64,000 nucleotides of DNA, taken from Anaerolineales bacterium (lineage in GTDB: Bacteria > Chloroflexota > Anaerolineae > Anaerolineales > RBG-16-64-43). This document shows positions 45,570 to 54,377 of this stretch, in pieces (position 1 is the first letter of the stretch; every line of letters begins with the position of its first letter). The DNA is taken from the NCBI GenBank assembly GCA_016928575.1, contig JAFGKK010000012.1:7245-71244 (forward strand). Reading direction: 5' to 3'. Under the pieces are notes generated by a model that saw only the letters and a program-made list of their open reading frames with translations, did no database searches and had not been told where the DNA came from. A program made the position numbers and the translations under genes.

Positions 45570-46506
45570 TCGCGACGGCCGCCCGTGGGCGGCGTTCATC
45601 GTCGGCCCGACGGGCTCCGGCAAAAGCGCGTTGGCCCTGGCCCTGGCGCGGAGGTTGCCGGCCGAAATCGTATCGGCCGACAGCCGCCTGCTGTACCGGG
45701 GGTTTGACATCGGGACCGACAAGCCTTCCGCGGTGGTCCGCGCCGAAATCCCGCACCATCTGATCGACGTCGCCGAGCCGGATCAGCCGTGGTCGCTGGC
45801 CGAGTATCAAGCCGCCGCGCTGGATTGCATCCGCCGGATCGCCGGCCGGGGCGCGCTTCCGTTGTGCGTCGGGGGCACGGGCCAATACGTGCGCGCCCTG
45901 CTCGAGGCTTGGGAGATTCCCCCCGCATCGCCGGCGCCCAGGCTGCGCCGGACCCTGGAGCAACGCTCGCTGCGGGAACCCGCCGCCTTGTACGCGGAAT
46001 TGGAGCAGGCCGATCCGGAAGCCGCCGCGCGCATCGATCCGCGCAACGTGCGGCGGGTTGTCCGCGCATTGGAAGTCGTGCTCTCGACCGGCAGGCCGTT
46101 CTCCGCCCAGCGCCGCCGCGGCGCGGCCGAATTTCAATCCGTGCTGATCGGCCTCGCACTCCCGCGGCCCGAGTTGTACGCCCGGGTGGATGCGCGAATC
46201 GCCTCTATGATCGCCGCGGGTTGGATCGAGGAAGTGCGCATCCTTCTGGCCGGGGGGTACTCGCCCGCCCTGCCGGCCTTTTCGGCGCTCGGGTACGGCG
46301 CGATCGCCCGCCACCTGCAGGGCGAACTCACCCGGGAAGAATGCGTCGTCGAAATCCGCCGCGCAACCCGCCGCTTGGTCCGCCATCAGGCAAACTGGTT
46401 CCGCCCCGGCGATCCGAACATCCATTGGTTGCCCTCCGGCCCGGATGCGGCGGGCCGGGCGGAAGCCGTCCTGCGAGCGTCCATCCCCGGTTTGGAATCC
46501 GCCTGA
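45553..46506 (+). CDS. miaA: tRNA dimethylallyltransferase
   Basis: P-loop GPTGSGKSALA, then SADSRLLYRGFDIGTDKP. First ATG at 45553; the track ORF begins at a TTG two codons upstream. Confidence 0.9.
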   Translation: MPSAVDRDGRPWAAFIVGPTGSGKSALALALARRLPAEIVSADSRLLYRGFDIGTDKPSAVVRAEIPHHLIDVAEPDQPWSLAEYQAAALDCIRRIAGRGALPLCVGGTGQYVRALLEAWEIPPASPAPRLRRTLEQRSLREPAALYAELEQADPEAAARIDPRNVRRVVRALEVVLSTGRPFSAQRRRGAAEFQSVLIGLALPRPELYARVDARIASMIAAGWIEEVRILLAGGYSPALPAFSALGYGAIARHLQGELTREECVVEIRRATRRLVRHQANWFRPGDPNIHWLPSGPDAAGRAEAVLRASIPGLESA

Positions 46507-46700
46507 TCCGACACGCGCGTGTTTTAAAGGAATCCTTTTCCTCCATTCATTGCCGAGCGGCGGATTTGCGCAATCATCGCTTTCCTCCTTTCACACACGG
46601 ATGTTGGCGCAACCTTCTTCGACGGGATCGGCGCAAATGAGGCCGGAGACCGCCCCCCAACCCTTCCGATCCTCCCCTGAGGCTGACGCCGCGAGCCTTC

Positions 46701-46730
46701 CACCTGACAGGTCCGCATCACCTGACAGGT
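46701..46730. repeat. Tandem 12-nt motif cacctgacaggt x2 (each with an acctg-a-caggt palindrome), 18-nt register
   Basis: Copies at 46701-46712 and 46719-46730, both flanked by ccttcc. Lies in a 657-bp gene-free gap. Confidence 0.5.
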
Positions 46731-47115
46731 GCCTTCCGCCGCTTGAGGGCACAGCCTTTTTTGGGCGGCTGAGATTCCGCAGATTGCCGCCGCCAAAAGC
46801 GCCGGCCCCGCTTCCACCCGCATCGCGGCCGGCTTCGGGAATGCCGCTTCGGGAAGTTACACTCCGGCTTCGCTATGGCGAGGCCGGGGGTGCGCTCCTT
46901 AAGCTCATCGGTGGCCTGTTTTCCAGCCCGTCCGCCTCCCCCCGCGGGATCGCTTCCGCCTAATTCTTCAGAATGGGACGAGTACCACACTCAACGCGCG
47001 GCAGTCAGCAGGGGGAAGGGAAGAGGGGGAGGCCAAGCAGATGCCTTCTCGTTTTCACTTTCACGGCGGAGCCCTTTGTGGGTGCTCACGGCCATGGACA
47101 GTGATTTCCCAAGGC

Positions 47116-47143
47116 AAAAAAAGCGCCCGGAAAAACCGGGCGC
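47116..47143 (-). terminator. Rho-independent terminator
   Basis: Minus-strand reading is gcgcccgg-ttttt-ccgggcgc followed by TTTTTTT, 20 nt after the stop at 47164. Confidence 0.85.
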
Positions 47144-47163
47144 AATCGGATTTCACTCGACGG

Positions 47164-47802
47164 TCAGGGGATAGGCTTCCGTTCGATGCGGTTGCCGCAT
47201 GTGCAGCGGACAAATCCATCGGCATCCACGGGCAGATCCCCGCAATACTTGCCGCACTTCGGACAGCGCAAGGACGAACCTTTCCATAACCTTTGGAGAA
47301 TCGACTGTTGGTAATCCTCCGTCTTGGCTTCGCTCCGCCGCCGGTGCCATTTCCAGATCTCCTTTGCGGTTTGTGGAATCAACACAACCGCCAGCAAACC
47401 CCCGATGATGACTCCCGCCGCCGGCACGTTTCCGATCCAAACGCTCAATCCGTAATGCGCAAGGCCTACGGCGGTGAACAACAAGCCGACCCCGAGGATT
47501 TTCACCGCATCCACCAGGAACCGCCGGATGAGCTGCGGCATGCACCAAAAGGCGGCGTGCAGGCCCTCCAGATCCCGCTTCATTTCGCGCAGAGAAAGCT
47601 CGCCGTCCGCCACCCGCCGCGCCTGGGCGGAGATGTGATAGAACTTGCCGTAGGCGTCCGCCACCCGGTTCCGGTTTTGGTCCTCCCACAGATTGCATTC
47701 GCGGAATACCCACGCGGAGGGTTTCTTCTCCCGGCGCTGAAGGTCCAGCAGATGCTCAATCTCCTTCATGACTTCATCGGGCGTGAACGGAAATAAAAGC
47801 AT
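47164..47802 (-). CDS. Hypothetical 2-TM membrane protein with C-terminal zinc ribbon
   Basis: Hydrophobic segments ILGVGLLFTAVGLAHYGL and VPAAGVIIGGLLAVVLI. C-terminal CPKC...CTC. SD-like gggaaggga upstream. Confidence 0.6.
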   Translation of the reverse strand: MLLFPFTPDEVMKEIEHLLDLQRREKKPSAWVFRECNLWEDQNRNRVADAYGKFYHISAQARRVADGELSLREMKRDLEGLHAAFWCMPQLIRRFLVDAVKILGVGLLFTAVGLAHYGLSVWIGNVPAAGVIIGGLLAVVLIPQTAKEIWKWHRRRSEAKTEDYQQSILQRLWKGSSLRCPKCGKYCGDLPVDADGFVRCTCGNRIERKPIP

Positions 47803-48057
47803 AGTCGGTCCCTTCCCTGGCAGATGCGGCTTTCAAACCGGAATATGATGCCTTTGAATAATAAGAAGAAGAAGAGAGCCGAGGATGTTTTTCCGGCCCG
47901 CTTTCCCGCCTGATGCGGACGGGAGAAACCATCGCCATCAGCCCCGGAAGGAACATCCTCTTTATACGCGAAACGGCCGGTGTTTTTCAACCCTCCCGCG
48001 GCGGAGGTTCTCCCTCTGCGCGGCAATATCCGCGGAAACTTGAGATTCCGCGCCGGC

Positions 48058-48540
48058 CTACGGCGCTTTTTTTATGGAGTTTTTATCGTCGTCCGCTCCG
48101 AAGAACAAGGAAAGGTATCGGCCGTATCCCGCGGCTTCCATCTCGGCGAGCGGAACGAACCGCAGGGCGGCCGAGTTAATGCAATAGCGCTTGCCGGTCG
48201 GCTGCGGTCCGTCGTCAAACACATGCCCGAGGTGCGAATCCGCACGCCCCGAACGGACTTCCGTGCGTTCCCGGACCAGTGTCCGGTCGCGGTGGTACAC
48301 CAGCTCCGCATCGGGCATCGGCCGCAGGAAACTCGGCCAACCGGTGCCGGAATCGAATTTGTCGAGCGAGGAAAACAGCGGCTCGCCCGACACCACATCC
48401 ACATAAATGCCGGGCCGCTTGTTTTCCCAATACGCGTTGGCAAACGGGGTTTCGGTATCGGAGCACTGCGTCACACGGTATTCTTCGGGGGTCAACCGTT
48501 TGCGCAATTCGTCATCCGGGGGTTTGGAATAATCGCTCAT
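48058..48540 (-). CDS. msrB: Peptide-methionine (R)-S-oxide reductase
   Basis: GTGWPSF and [17 protein letters not shown]...RYCINS (catalytic Cys) are present. Confidence 0.95.
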   Translation of the reverse strand: MSDYSKPPDDELRKRLTPEEYRVTQCSDTETPFANAYWENKRPGIYVDVVSGEPLFSSLDKFDSGTGWPSFLRPMPDAELVYHRDRTLVRERTEVRSGRADSHLGHVFDDGPQPTGKRYCINSAALRFVPLAEMEAAGYGRYLSLFFGADDDKNSIKKAP

Positions 48541-48645
48541 ACCATCCTCCCGCCGGTCGGGCGCCTTTTCCCTGCGGGCGGAGGCCTCGCAACCGGCGTG
48601 GATATTATACGCTCCGCGCCCGGAGGACCGGAAACACAGCCGGCC

Positions 48646-49464
48646 TCAGCGCCGGTTCCGCTCCAGCCACCACTCGCCGGCCTGCTGGACCGCCAGCACG
48701 GTGAATGCCAGCGCCAAGCCGGGAACCGCCGCCTGCCAGGAAGCCCGCCCGAAAACCATCCGCGCGTCGGCGAGCATCCGCCCCCATTCCGAAGCCGAGG
48801 GATCGCCGCCGAATCCGAGGAACGTCAGCGACGAGGCGTTCACCATCGCCCATCCGAAGTGCAGCGCCCCGTAGGCGGTGAGCGGGCCGGCGATGTTCGG
48901 CAAAAGGTGGCGGAACATCCGATGCACCGTTCCCGCGCCGAGCGTCCGCGCCGCGAGAAGGTACTCGCGATTCCGAATTTGCGCCGCTTCCGCGCGCAGC
49001 AGGCGCGCGTACGTCGCCGCACTGCTCAAGCCGACGGCGAGAATCACCGCCGCCTCGCTCGGACCGAGCGCCGCCAGAATCACCAAACCCAAGATCAGCG
49101 CCGGAATGGAGAGGGCGGCATCGATGGCGCGCCCGAGGATCCGGTCGATCCATCCGCCGGCGAATCCCGCCGCCAGCCCCCAGACTCCGCCGAGCAGCAC
49201 CGCAATCAACGCCGATCCCGAAGCGATCAGAAAGGTCCGCGCCCCTCCGGCCAGGAAACGCCAGGCCAGATCGCGCCCCAAGAGGTCCGTTCCCAGCCAA
49301 TGATTCCAACCGGGCGGCTGGAGCGGGAGGCCCGCCGCCGGGGCGGGGAAGAATCCGGCGAGCAATCCCGCGGCGGGCAAAACTATGAGCCAACCAAGAG
49401 CGACCCACGGGCGGCGCGCTCCGGCGGCCGGGACGCGGTGGATCTTCGCCTTCGCCGGGTTCAC
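48646..49464 (-). CDS. ABC transporter permease (DppC/NikC type)
   Basis: EAA-loop region (EYLLAARTLGAG...HLLPN). The GTG start overlaps the upstream permease stop (GTGA). Confidence 0.85.
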   Translation of the reverse strand: MNPAKAKIHRVPAAGARRPWVALGWLIVLPAAGLLAGFFPAPAAGLPLQPPGWNHWLGTDLLGRDLAWRFLAGGARTFLIASGSALIAVLLGGVWGLAAGFAGGWIDRILGRAIDAALSIPALILGLVILAALGPSEAAVILAVGLSSAATYARLLRAEAAQIRNREYLLAARTLGAGTVHRMFRHLLPNIAGPLTAYGALHFGWAMVNASSLTFLGFGGDPSASEWGRMLADARMVFGRASWQAAVPGLALAFTVLAVQQAGEWWLERNRR

Positions 49465-50390
49465 GCAGCCTCCCTCACCCGCGGATCCAGGACGGCGGCC
49501 GAGAAATCCGCCGCCATCCCGAGCAGCGTGTACGCCAGCGCGGCGAGGCCGAGCAGCGCCTGGACGACCGGATAATCTCCGCGCAGAACGGCGTCGACAA
49601 GCGTCCGCCCCAGCCCTGGCCGGGCGAATACAACCTCGGTGATCATCGTCCCGCCGAGCAGGAAGGCCGCTTCCATCCCAGCCATCGCCAGGACCGGGGC
49701 GATGGCGGCCCGCAGAAGCCTCCAATCGGCGCGCCAACCCCGCGGGAATCCGCGGGCGCGCATCGCCAGATGGAACGGCTCGCCGCGGACCTGACGGATC
49801 GAGGCCTCGGCCGCGCGGCCGATTCCGCATCCGACGGTCAGCGCAAGCGCGGCCGCCGGCAGGAACAGGCGCAGGGCTTCGCGCCACGCTTCCGCGGCGG
49901 ACACAGCGAACAGCGGAATCGACGCCCACAGAATAATCAGGCCCAACCAAGCCGCGGGAGTGGACGCCCCCACCGCGAGCAGCGCCGAAACGAGGCCGCC
50001 GATTCCGGGCCCGATCCCGGCGGCGCGGCGGGCGGCGACGGCTCCCAGGCCGATGCCCAACACGACCGCCAGAATCCAAGCCGCGGCCGCCAGCGGCACC
50101 GTATGCTTGGCGGCTTCTGCGATCATCGCCGCCACATCCTGCCCGCTGAAGAGCGACCGTCCAAGATCGCCGCGCAGGGCATCCCCGAAATAATCCGTGT
50201 ATTGTTCCAACAGCGGCCGATCCAAACCCAGCGCGCGGCGCATCTCTGCCGTTTGCTCCTCGGTCGCCAACCCCTGGGCCGCAAGCGCGGCCAGCGGATC
50301 CACCCGCCCCAGCCGCAGGGCGAAGAAGGCGGCCGTCGCCACGGCCCAGACGACGATCAGGCTTTCCAGAAGGCGCCGCAAAACGGACAT
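49461..50390 (-). CDS. ABC transporter permease (DppB/NikB type)
   Basis: N-terminus RRLLESLIVVW.V.T..F and an EAA-loop region (FHLAMRARGFP). ATG at 50390. Confidence 0.85.
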   Translation of the reverse strand: MSVLRRLLESLIVVWAVATAAFFALRLGRVDPLAALAAQGLATEEQTAEMRRALGLDRPLLEQYTDYFGDALRGDLGRSLFSGQDVAAMIAEAAKHTVPLAAAAWILAVVLGIGLGAVAARRAAGIGPGIGGLVSALLAVGASTPAAWLGLIILWASIPLFAVSAAEAWREALRLFLPAAALALTVGCGIGRAAEASIRQVRGEPFHLAMRARGFPRGWRADWRLLRAAIAPVLAMAGMEAAFLLGGTMITEVVFARPGLGRTLVDAVLRGDYPVVQALLGLAALAYTLLGMAADFSAAVLDPRVREAA

Positions 50391-50397
50391 GGTCCGA

Positions 50398-50403
50398 ATT
50401 GTA
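50398..50403 (-). promoter_or_regulatory. -10 box TACAAT 7 nt upstream of the permease ATG (leaderless-type)
   Basis: Minus-strand reading is gggTACAATtcggaccATG. Confidence 0.4.
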
Positions 50404-50587
50404 CCCAACCTTGAGTAGGTGGATCCTCTTCGGCGGAAAAGAAAGCCGGGACGCCCCCCCCGCTGATGCATTTTCCGATCCGTCCTTTGGCTGCGGCGGA
50501 CAAAAAAGAATACGGTTTTTGCGGCCTTTTTGCATTTTTCGGCCGAAAGGTTCTTTGCCCTACAACCTTATCAAAGCCGTGCGGGGA

Positions 50588-50593
50588 TATAAT
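50588..50593 (+). promoter_or_regulatory. -10 box TATAAT upstream of the fhaA-like gene
   Basis: gggaTATAATaaaacgctactGGGAGAgttcATG. Confidence 0.45.
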
Positions 50594-50614
50594 AAAACGC
50601 TACTGGGAGAGTTC

Positions 50615-51403
50615 ATGACCGATCCGCTGCGGAAAATCGAAATCCAACTGGAAAACCTGTTCGAGAAGCGGACCGGGGTCCTTTCCACGCACATCGTCCA
50701 CGCCGGAAAAATCCTCACCCGGATGATCGAAGCGCTCGAGGAGCACTCCGAACAGGGTCCGGGCGGGCGCTGGATCGCTCCGAACCTGTACCGATTAAAG
50801 CTGGGAAAACGGCTATGGCAGACGGCCTCCGTCGTCCCGGACCTGAACACCCTCTTGGCGGGAAAACTGCAGGAACACGTGGCTGAGAGCGAGATGATCC
50901 TGCTCAATCCGATTCACATCGAACTTGCAGAGGATTCCAGCCTGCGCGACGAAGGCATCCGGGTCCGGGCGGAAATCTTCCGCTCCGGCGAGGAGAGCAC
51001 CGACGCCTTCCTTGTCCCGCCGGGCGGTCCGATCGATCTGCCGGCCGGGGCGTTCCTGATCATCAACGGCCGGCGCCACTTTCCGTTGAATCGGCCGGTG
51101 ATCAACGTCGGACGCCAGCTCGACAACCATCTGGTGCTGGACGATGCGCTCGTCAGCCGGCGCCACGCCCAGCTGCGGGCCCGCGACGGCCAGTTCCTGC
51201 TGACCGATTTAGGATCCAAACACGGCCTGCGGGTTAACAATGCCCCCGTGCACGAATGGGTTCTGCAGCCCGGCGACGTGTTCCGCCTCGGGAACACCGA
51301 GCTGATCTACGGCGACGAGCGTGAAGAGAGCATCACCCAGCCGATCCGGCCCCCCTCCCGGCCCGCCGATTCCCCCGCCCCGCCGGAGAAACGCGAGGCA
51401 TGA
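50615..51403 (+). CDS. fhaA: FhaA-like protein (DUF3662 N-terminal domain + C-terminal FHA)
   Basis: N-terminus LRKIEIQLENLFE.., and C-terminal FHA (VGR...SRRHAQL...DLGSKHG..VN). Confidence 0.8.
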   Translation: MTDPLRKIEIQLENLFEKRTGVLSTHIVHAGKILTRMIEALEEHSEQGPGGRWIAPNLYRLKLGKRLWQTASVVPDLNTLLAGKLQEHVAESEMILLNPIHIELAEDSSLRDEGIRVRAEIFRSGEESTDAFLVPPGGPIDLPAGAFLIINGRRHFPLNRPVINVGRQLDNHLVLDDALVSRRHAQLRARDGQFLLTDLGSKHGLRVNNAPVHEWVLQPGDVFRLGNTELIYGDEREESITQPIRPPSRPADSPAPPEKREA

Positions 51404-51867
51404 GCGTTTCCATTCTGATGCTGGCCGCCCGCATCGCGCTGGCTGTGTGCCTGTACGCCTTCCTGGCGCTCGTCCTGTTTGCATTGTGGCGCGACATCCG
51501 CGCCGCCGGCGGCGCGGATGTCTCGCCGATGCGGCTGGACCGGTTGCGCGAGGACGGAACCCTGGAACGCTCGTATTCGCTGCGGAAGGCCACCTGCTTC
51601 CTCGGCCGCTCGCCGAGCGTTGAAATCCCGCTCTCCGACGAGACCGTGTCCGTCGTCCACGCGCGCCTGTGGATGCAGAGCGGCCGCTGGTGGATCGAGG
51701 ATCTGGATTCCCGCAACGGAACTCAGCTCAACCGGATTCCGCTGACCAAGCCGGCGGTGCTCTGCCCGGGCGACCGAATCCGCGTCGGGCGGATCGCGCT
51801 GGAATTCCGCTCGGCGGATCCTTTCGCACCCGCGGCGGACTCTCCGGTCAAGGACCCGTCGGCATGA
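51400..51867 (+). CDS. fhaB: FhaB/FipA-like membrane-anchored FHA protein
   Basis: N-terminal TM helix and C-terminal FHA (LGRS...VVHARL...DLDSRNGT). ATGA overlap with fhaA. Confidence 0.8.
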   Translation: MSVSILMLAARIALAVCLYAFLALVLFALWRDIRAAGGADVSPMRLDRLREDGTLERSYSLRKATCFLGRSPSVEIPLSDETVSVVHARLWMQSGRWWIEDLDSRNGTQLNRIPLTKPAVLCPGDRIRVGRIALEFRSADPFAPAADSPVKDPSA

Positions 51868-54377
51868 TCCGCTCCTCCCGTTTGGAAGCGGCTCTGTTGG
51901 GTCTTGGATTCGCCTTCCAGGTGTTCGGCGCGGCGGCCCTTTGCCTTTCCCCCTCCGTCCGGGCGGGCGCATGGTCGTCCGCCGCGGATCGCCTCCTCGC
52001 GTTCGTCCCGCCGATCGTCTGGGCCGTGCTGGCCGTGCTGCTTCACCGCCAACTCGAGCGGCTTCTCCCCAACCGCGATCCCCTGCTCCTGCCGGCGGCG
52101 ATGTTCCTCTGCGGTTGGGGACTGCAAATCCTCGTCCGCCTCTCGGCGGAGACGGCTTTGCGCCAGACTCTATGGCTGGCGGTCGTCGGCGCGTCTTGGC
52201 TCTTTTTCCTGCGCCTCCCGCGCGACCTGGGATGGCTGCGCGAGTACCGCTATCTGTGGCTGGGCGGCGCGCTGGCCGCGCTGGCCGCCACGCTGGTGAT
52301 CGGGGTCGGCGCCGCGCCGGATTCACCGCGGTTGTGGCTGGGCTTGGATGGAATTTTTTTTCAACCCTCGGAATTTCTGCGCTGGATCTTCCCGGTGTTT
52401 GCCGCCTTCACCTTGGCGCCCCGCCCGTCGCCGTCCGCCCCGATCCACGCCAAGGACGCCATACCGGTGCTGGCCTTCGGCGCGGCGGGCGTCGCGATCC
52501 ACATCCTGCAGCAGGATCTCGGCGCGGCGATGCTGCTGCTGGGCGCGGTCGTCCTGATCCTGTACCTCGCCTACCGCAAGGCGTTCATCCTTCTGCTCGG
52601 CTTCGCCGCGGTGTGCGTCTTCCTGGGGTTCGGATATGCCTTTAACGATACCATCCGAATCCGCACCGCCACATGGTGGAATCCCTGGCTGGATCCGAGC
52701 AACACTTCCTACCAGGTGGTGCAGTCGCTCATCGCCGTCGCCTCCGGCGGCCTGATCGGCCGCGGTCCGGGCCTCGGCTCGCCCCAACTGGTGCCGGTGG
52801 CCTATTCGGATTTCATCTTCGCCGCGGTGGCGGAAGAGTACGGCGTGCTCGGCGCCATGGGCTGCCTGATCCTCTACGCCGTGCTGGTCCTGCGCGGATT
52901 GCGGATCGCCGCCCGGTCCGTCCAACCCGCCTTCCGGCTGATAGCCGCCAGCCTCAGCGCGCTTCTGGGAATGCAGGCCGTCCTGATCGTCGCCGGAAGC
53001 CTGCGCCTGCTGCCGCTGACCGGCGTCACCCTGCCGTGGATGAGCTACGGAGGATCCTCGCTGCTTGCCAGCACGATCATCCTCGGCATTCTGCTGGTGC
53101 TTTCCGACAAAGCTCCGGGGGAGGTTCCGCGCATGCGTCCGGACCGTCCGGTCCGGGTGATGGCGTCGGGGTTCCTGATCGCCTTTGCCGCCGCCGGCGC
53201 CAGCCTGGGGTGGTGGGGGATCTTCCGCGCTCCGGTCCTGCGTACGCGGACCGACAACTACCGCAGGGTTCTTCACGATTTGCAGGCCCGGCGCGGCGAC
53301 CTCTTCGACCGGAACGGCCTCCCGTTGGCGGTGACCGCCGGGGAACCGAGCGCCTACGCGCGCGAATACCCCGTCCCGTCGGCCGCCCCCGTCGTCGGCT
53401 ACACCACCGCCTTCTACGGCCAGGGGGGCATGGAAGCCGCGCTGGATCCGTGGCTGCGGGGCGAAGCCGGAAGGAACGCATTCGAGTTGTGGTGGTCGGA
53501 AACCGTTTTGGGAATTCCCCTGGAAGGGATGGACGCCTGGCTGGCGATCGACCTCGGCGTACAAAACCAGGGCAGCCGATGGATGGAGGGAAGGGTCGGC
53601 GCGGCCGTGGTGTTGCGCGCCGGAAGCGGGGAAATCCTGGCTCTGATCTCACAGCCGACGTTCGATCCGGCGGTTCTCGGCCGGGAATACGAATCCCTGG
53701 TCCGCGATCCCGATTCGCCTTTGCTCAACCGGGCCACCCAGGGGTTGTTTGCGCCCGGCCGGATGCTGTTCCCGTTCTTCGCGGCGGAAGCTCTGGACCG
53801 GAATTGGTTGGACGGCGGGGTGGACCTGTGCTCTGCACCCTATTTGGAATGGATCGCGGCGGATCCGGACTTTCCCAATCGGGCGCTGGCGCGTTTCCGA
53901 TTCGACCAGGATCCGGTGATGGATCTGCCGACGGCGAACGTCCCATCCTTGTCTTTCCCGGCGGAGGAAGAATCCGCGCAGCTCGAGTTCGACGGGCGCG
54001 GGCAGGTTTTCCTCAGTCCGATGCAGTTGGCGCTGGCGTTTTCCGCGATCGCCGCCGGGGGCATGGCCCCCGCCCCCCGGCTGGTTCTGCGTTTAGAGAC
54101 GCCCTCCGGGTGGACGACGCCCGCGACGGCGAGCCATCCGGTGGCGATGCTTCCCGCCGGCGCGGCTTTGCGGCTGCGGGAGATGCTGAGCGGCGGGGCA
54201 GATCCCGCCGAGTGGGTCGGATGCGGCGCCGCGGCCGGCGGGATCGCCTGGTACGCGGGTTTCCAAACCCTCGACGCGGATCCGATCGTGGTGGTCGTCG
54301 CGCTGGAGGGGTCTGCGGTGGACGCGGCCGTAATCGGGCGGAGGATCCTCCGGGCGGCGGCCGGGACGGTGCAGTGA
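51864..54377 (+). CDS. SEDS (FtsW/RodA) glycosyltransferase fused to a degenerate class-B PBP-like domain
   Basis: SEDS motifs are intact (FQPSEF, YSDFIFAAVAEEYG, LPWMSYGGSS). The C-terminal domain is collinear with PbpA (ILALISQPTFDP, LLNRATQGLF, SPMQLALAFSAIAAGG). However, SxxK is replaced by RMLF, SxN by SAP, and KTG by GCG. ATGA overlap with fhaB. Confidence 0.85.
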   Translation: MIRSSRLEAALLGLGFAFQVFGAAALCLSPSVRAGAWSSAADRLLAFVPPIVWAVLAVLLHRQLERLLPNRDPLLLPAAMFLCGWGLQILVRLSAETALRQTLWLAVVGASWLFFLRLPRDLGWLREYRYLWLGGALAALAATLVIGVGAAPDSPRLWLGLDGIFFQPSEFLRWIFPVFAAFTLAPRPSPSAPIHAKDAIPVLAFGAAGVAIHILQQDLGAAMLLLGAVVLILYLAYRKAFILLLGFAAVCVFLGFGYAFNDTIRIRTATWWNPWLDPSNTSYQVVQSLIAVASGGLIGRGPGLGSPQLVPVAYSDFIFAAVAEEYGVLGAMGCLILYAVLVLRGLRIAARSVQPAFRLIAASLSALLGMQAVLIVAGSLRLLPLTGVTLPWMSYGGSSLLASTIILGILLVLSDKAPGEVPRMRPDRPVRVMASGFLIAFAAAGASLGWWGIFRAPVLRTRTDNYRRVLHDLQARRGDLFDRNGLPLAVTAGEPSAYAREYPVPSAAPVVGYTTAFYGQGGMEAALDPWLRGEAGRNAFELWWSETVLGIPLEGMDAWLAIDLGVQNQGSRWMEGRVGAAVVLRAGSGEILALISQPTFDPAVLGREYESLVRDPDSPLLNRATQGLFAPGRMLFPFFAAEALDRNWLDGGVDLCSAPYLEWIAADPDFPNRALARFRFDQDPVMDLPTANVPSLSFPAEEESAQLEFDGRGQVFLSPMQLALAFSAIAAGGMAPAPRLVLRLETPSGWTTPATASHPVAMLPAGAALRLREMLSGGADPAEWVGCGAAAGGIAWYAGFQTLDADPIVVVVALEGSAVDAAVIGRRILRAAAGTVQ

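Noticed and set aside
46701-46730. Resemblance of ctgtcaggtggaagg (minus strand) to SRP RNA helix 8 (GUCAGGUCCGGAAGGAAGCAGC)
   Set aside because: Only a partial match. The GGAA tetraloop context, the symmetric-loop AGCAGC and the surrounding Alu/S-domain helices cannot be found. I treat it as an unexplained tandem motif instead.
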